Source of the DNA: Squalus acanthias
Taxonomy: Eukaryota
Direction of reading: 5' to 3'
DNA length: 64,000 nt
Assembly (NCBI GenBank): GCA_030390025.1
Contig: JASTWF010000035.1
Location: forward strand, 186,001-250,000
Part shown: positions 59,290 to 64,000 of the stretch, one piece after another
Layout: each line of letters begins with the position of its first letter
Position numbering within the stretch: the first letter of the stretch is position 1
Position numbers and translations under genes: made by a program
The notes under the pieces: generated by a model
What the model saw: only the letters and a program-made list of their open reading frames with translations
The model's database searches: none
Told to the model about the DNA's origin: nothing

Positions 59290-59515
59290 CAGGTTCCCCT
59301 CCAAGTCACACACCATCCTGACTTGGAAATATATCGCCGATCCTTCATCGTCGCTGGGTCAAAATCTGGAACTCCCTCCCTAACAGCACTGTGGGAGTAC
59401 CTTCAACACACGGACTGCAGCGGTTCAAGAAGGCAGCTCACCACCACCTTCTCAAGGGCAATTAGGGATGGGTAATAAATGCTGGCCTTGCCAGCGACGC
59501 CCACATCCCAGGAAA
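59290..59515 (+). mobile_element. LINE family B 3' end
   Basis: Carries the shared 3' terminal sequence. Confidence 0.8.
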
Positions 59516-59964
59516 ATGTTTCTAAAAAGGGAGTGTGGAAGTGTGGATAGGAAGTTGGTTAAAGGAGAGAAAACAGAGAATAATGGCTAATAGGTGTTTG
59601 TTGGACTGGAGGGATGTAAATAGTGGTGTTCTCCGGGGTTCAGTGTTGGGACCATTGTTCTTAATAATTGATTTGCAGACGGCACATCAATAGGTAGGGT
59701 GGTTATCTGTGAAAAGGGCGGTAAGTGACTTCAGGAGGACTGATAGATTAATGTGGAGAAATGTAAGGTGATGGATTTTGGGAGGAAGATGAAGGAGAGG
59801 AAATATACACTAAATGGGAAACCATTGAAAGGAGTAGAGGAGCAGAGAGACTTGGGGTTCAGACGTATAAAAGTGGGAAGACAAGTTGATAAAGTTCTCA
59901 GAAATTCAAGATCCCAAGTTTTACAAGTAGGAATTGAGATTTCAAAAACCTATGGAATGCACTG

Positions 59965-60540
59965 CCTGGGATGGGCGGTCGGAGCGGGGACAGGGAGCAG
60001 GATGGGATGGGAGAGGGGGAGGGGTGAGGGAATGGGATGGGATGGGAGGTCGGGGAGGGGTGAGGGAGCGGGATGGGATGGGATGGGAGGTCGGGGCGGG
60101 GGGAGGGGGGAGGGAATGGGATGGGAGGACGGGGAGGGTTTAGGGAGCAGGATGGGATGGGATGGGAGGTCGGGGCGGGGGGAGGGAGTGGGATGGGATG
60201 GGAGGACGGGGAGGAGTGAGGGAGCGGGATGGGAAGGTGAGATGGGGGAGGGAGCGGGATGGGAGGTGGGAGCGGGGGGAGGGAGCGAGATGGGATGGGA
60301 GGTGGGGGCGGGGGGAGGAAGCAGGATGGGATGGGATGGGTGGGGGCGGGGGGAGGGAGCAGGATGGGATGGGATGGGAGGTGGGGGAGGGAGCGGGATG
60401 GGATGGGAGGTGGGGGTGGGGGGAGGGAGCGGGATGGGATGGGATGGGTGGGGGTGGGGGTGGGGGGAGGGAGCAGGATGGGATGGGATGGGAGGTGGGG
60501 GAGGGAGCGGGATGGGATGGGAGGTGAGAGAGGGAGCGGG
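59965..60540. repeat. G-rich (GGGAT/GGGAG)n low-complexity tract
   Basis: Read directly. Confidence 0.9.
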
Positions 60541-60632
60541 GATACGTTGGCAGTTGTTATTACGAGGCCCCACAAGGCCCACTGCCTTCTTAAGGCAATA
60601 AATGCCCGTGTTACGCACATCCCAAGAACGCA

Positions 60633-60845
60633 TTAAAAAAACTGCGGATGCTGGAAATCTGAAATAACAGAAAATGCTGGAAACACTCAGCAGGTCAGGC
60701 AGCATCGAGGAGAGAGAAACGGAGTTAACGTTTCGAGTCGAACCGAATCTGTTGAATGGTTCGACCCGAAACGTTGACTCTGTTTCTCTCTCCTCGATGC
60801 TGCCTGACCTGCTGAGTGTTTCCAGCATTTTCTGTTGTTATTTTT
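60633..60845. mobile_element. Inverted pair of Penelope terminal fragments (hairpin with arms of about 80 bp)
   Basis: AATAACAGAAAATGCTGG...AACGTTTCG, a short spacer, then CGAAACGTT...CCAGCATTTTCTGTTGTT; the same terminus as 15140-15214. Confidence 0.8.
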
Positions 60846-61109
60846 ATAAAACTTTTAGTGTGCACTTGCTGCAGAGGGACGTGGGATTTAAGGTGATGGT
60901 CCCCTTCTCAGGACTCTGCATGATCCCCATTTCTGTGACATTGCCCCTTTAACAAATCTAAACTTTCTTTGCAGTTCATAAACAATAGTTTGAGATCCAA
61001 AAAAAGTTTCCAAACAAGTTACCGGTCAAACTGGTATGTTTGGAAAATATTCAAAGTACAATCAGTTGGACTCTGCACTCTTTGCCTCAGTTGAAATAAT
61101 CCTGGCATC

Positions 61110-61287
61110 ATGGAGCTGTCTCTGCTCACCTCCCTGCTCATTTCACTCGCCTCTCACCCTGTTTGGCTCATCGTTTCAGTCGTCCTGTATCTCGTTGTCC
61201 GGTTGCAAAGGAGAAGATGGTGGAGACCGAGAGAGTGTCCAGTGGATCTCACTGGGAAAACGGCCATTGTCACTGGAGCTAACACAG
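61110..61287 (+). CDS. Exon 1 of a second RDH-like SDR gene (continues beyond the window)
   Basis: GCATCATGG start context; N-terminal membrane anchor; ...CPVDLTGKTAIVTGANT G|gtaaga, with TGxxxG split in phase 1 exactly as gene 1 exon 2 requires. Confidence 0.9.
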
Positions 61288-61304
61288 GTAAGAGTCTGCA
61301 GCAG

Positions 61305-61530
61305 TTTGGCTCAGTCAGTAACACTCCCCCTCCCTCCGAATCAGAAGGTCACGGGCTCAAGCCCCACTCGAGAGCTTCAGCCCCATAATCCAGGCTGACC
61401 TTTCAGTGCAGTACGGAGGGAGTGCTGCATTGGCAGAGGTGCCATCTTTCGGATGAGACGTTAAACCGATGCCCTGTCGCTGGTTCAGGTGGGTGTTAAA
61501 GATCCCATGACAATATTGGATGAAGAGCAG
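61305..61530 (+). mobile_element. DeuSINE-like element, 5' part
   Basis: Homologous to about 54200-54428 in reverse orientation. Confidence 0.7.
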
Positions 61531-61769
61531 GGCCAACAATCTCCCCTCAATAAAAACCTTCAAATGCCTGGCATTAAACTCAACAAAACGTATCCCAGCG
61601 TTTGGAAACGAAAGCTGTGATGAAATTTCCCTTGTCTGTGCCTGCCCAGACCTGTGCAAAACTCAATCTGCTGGATCAGTTACTGGGCAACAAGTCTGAA
61701 GCATTCTCCAGGGTGCACAGACTGGAAAATTCATTATAATACAAAATTCAAAAGCCTTTGGAATACTGA

Positions 61770-62400
61770 AAGTGCTATAGATGTAAAGGAGGAGGTTTAC
61801 CAGGATGTTACCAGGGATCAGGGACTTCAGTTATGAGGAGAGGTTGGAAAGGTTTGGACTGTTCTCCTTGGAACAGAGAAGGTCAAGAGGTGACCTGATC
61901 GAGGTTTTTCAAGATGTTGACAGTTTTTGAGAGAGTAAATAGAGAAAAACTATTCCCTCTGGCAAGTAGGTCAATAACCAGAGGTCCTAGATTCAACATC
62001 ATTGGCAAAAGATCGAGAGGGAGATGAGGAGAAATGTTTTCACTCGGAGAGTTATTGGGATCTGGAACGCTCGACCTGAAAAGGTGGTGGAAGCTGATTC
62101 CATCAATAATTTTAAAGGGGAGTTGGACGGGTTCTTGAGGATGAGGAACTTACAGGGTTCCAGACAAAATGCGGGGTTGTGGGACTAAGCACGACGTCTC
62201 TTTCACAGAGCCAGCACAGGCACGACGGGCCGAAGGGTTTCCTCCTGTGCTGTAAGTTTCAATGATTCTATGATAAAGAAAGACTTACATAAGAACATAA
62301 GAAATAGGAGCAGGAGTCGGCCATTCGACCCCTCGAGCCTGCTCCGCCATTCAATGAGATCATGGCTGATCCGATTTTGCCCTCAACTCCACTTTCCTGT
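61770..62400. mobile_element. Old CR1 3' fragment (+) followed by a CR1 3' tail (-, 62286-62400)
   Basis: Degenerate RRFTRMLPG...LFSLEQRR.RGDLIEV; ACATAAGAACATAAG tail. Confidence 0.7.
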
Positions 62401-62403
62401 CCG

Positions 62404-64000
62404 AGGGATGTTGTAAGGAGAGAGGGAGGGGAGGATGTTGTAAAGAGAGAGAGCGAGGGAGGGATGTTGTAAAGGGAGAGAGAGAGGGAGGGATGTTGTA
62501 AAGAGAGACGGAGGGATGTTGTAAAGAGAGAGAGAGAGGGAGGGATGTTGTAAAGAGAGACGGAGGGATGTTGTAAAGAGAGAGAGAGGGAGGGATGTTG
62601 TAAAGGGAGAGAGGGAGGGAGGGATGTTGTAAAGAGAGAGGGAGGGGAGGATGTTGTAAAGAGAGAGGGAGGGAGGGATGTTGTAAGGAGAGAGGGAGGG
62701 ATGTTGTAAGGAGAGAGGGAGGGATGTTGTAAGGAGAGAGGGAGGGGAGGATGTTGTAGAGAGAGAGAGGGATGTTGTAAAGGAGAGAGGGAGGGAGGGA
62801 TGTTGTAAGAGAGAGAGGGAGGGAGGTTGTTGTAAACAGAGAGAGGGAGGGATGTTGTAAAGAGAGAGAGGGAGGGATGTTGTAAAGGAAGAGAGAGAGA
62901 GGGATGTTGTAAAGAGAGAGAGGGAGGGATGTTGTAAAGGAAAGAGAGAGAGAGGGATGTTGTAAAGGAGAGAGAGGGGGAGGGATGTTGTAAAGGAGAG
63001 AGAGAGAGGGATGTTGTAAAGGAGAGAGAGGGAGGGATGTTGTAAGGAGAGAGAGAGAGGGAGGGATGTAGAGAGAGAGAGGGAGGGTTGTTGTAAAGGA
63101 GAGAGAGAGAGAGAGGGATGTTGTAAAGGAGAGAGAGGGAGGGATGTTGTAACGGAGAGAGGGAGGGTTGTTGTAAAGGAGAGAGAGAGAGAGGGATGTT
63201 GTAAAGGAGAGAGAGAGGGAGGGATGTTGTAGAGAGAGAGAGAGGGATGTAAAGGAGAGAGAGAGAGGGATGTTGTAAAGGAGAGAGGGAGGAATGTTCT
63301 AAAGGAGAGAGAGAGAGGGATGTTGTAAAGGAGAGAGAGGGATGTTGTAAAGGAGAGAGAGAGAAGGATGTTGTAAAGGAGAGAGAGAGAGAGAGGGATG
63401 TTGTAAAGGAGAGAGAGAGAGGGATGTTGTAAAGGAGAGAGAGAGAGAGGGATGTTGTAAAGGAGAGAGAGAGAGAGGGATGTTGTAAAGGAGAGAGAGG
63501 GATGTTGTAAAGGAGAGAGAGAGAGAGAGAGAGAGGGGGATGTTGTAAAGAAGAGAGAGAGGGATGTTGTAAAGGAGAGAGAGAGGGATGTTGTAAAGGA
63601 GAGAGAGAGAGGGATGTTGTAAAGGAGAGAGAGAGAGAGAGGGATGTTGTAAAGGAGAGAGAGAGAGGGATGTTGTAAAGGAGAGAGAGAGAGAGGGATG
63701 TTGTAAAGGAGAGAGAGGGATGTTGTAAAGGAGAGAGAGAGAGAGAGAGAGAGTGATGTTGTAAAGGAGAGAGAGAGAGAGATGGATGTTGTAAAGAAGA
63801 GAGAGAGGGATGTTGTAAAGGAGAGAGAGGGATGTTGTAAAGGAGAGAGGGAGGAATGTTCTAAAGGAGAGAGAGAGAGAGAGAGGATGTTGTAAAGGAG
63901 AGAGAGAGAGAGGGATGTTGTAAAGAAGAGAGAGAGGGATGTTGTAAAGGAGAGAGAGAGAGGGATGTTGTAAAGGAGAGAGAGAGAGGGATGTTGTAAA
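62404..64000. repeat. GGGATGTTGTAAAGG(AG)n compound minisatellite in intron 1 of gene 2
   Basis: Read directly; same unit as 1-185. Confidence 0.97.

Overview
This is eukaryotic, repeat-dominated DNA, most likely from a shark or other cartilaginous fish; the inference rests on HE1/V-SINE-like and DeuSINE-like repeats plus CR1 and Penelope families. The host framework is a + strand retinol-dehydrogenase-like short-chain dehydrogenase/reductase (RDH11/12/DHRS13-type SDR). Five of its coding exons (403-642, 16669-16758, 18100-18291, 32980-33089, 50579-50782) splice in frame across three 15-17 kb introns and one 1.3 kb intron. A first exon of a second, probably tandem-paralogous SDR lies at 61110-61287. 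The introns hold: (1) a young CsRn1-like Ty3/Gypsy LTR element (863-6322) whose gag-protease is replaced by an internal CR1 fragment joined through telomeric hexamers; (2) an older Gypsy element (about 6447-15425) broken up by nested LINE, Penelope and SINE insertions, with hammerhead ribozyme motifs in the Penelope ends; (3) a 5'-truncated endogenous retrovirus-like element (about 21.8/22.4-30.1 kb, minus strand) with tether plus RNase H, integrase and an intact 783-aa envelope that combines an Ig-like domain with a paramyxo/pneumovirus-F-like fusion architecture (lokiretrovirus-like; the best candidate for a new system); (4) a 16.5 kb 19-bp satellite. The many long ORFs at 35-50 kb and 54-56 kb are repeat artefacts. 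All family assignments come from motif recognition by eye; no database search was run.
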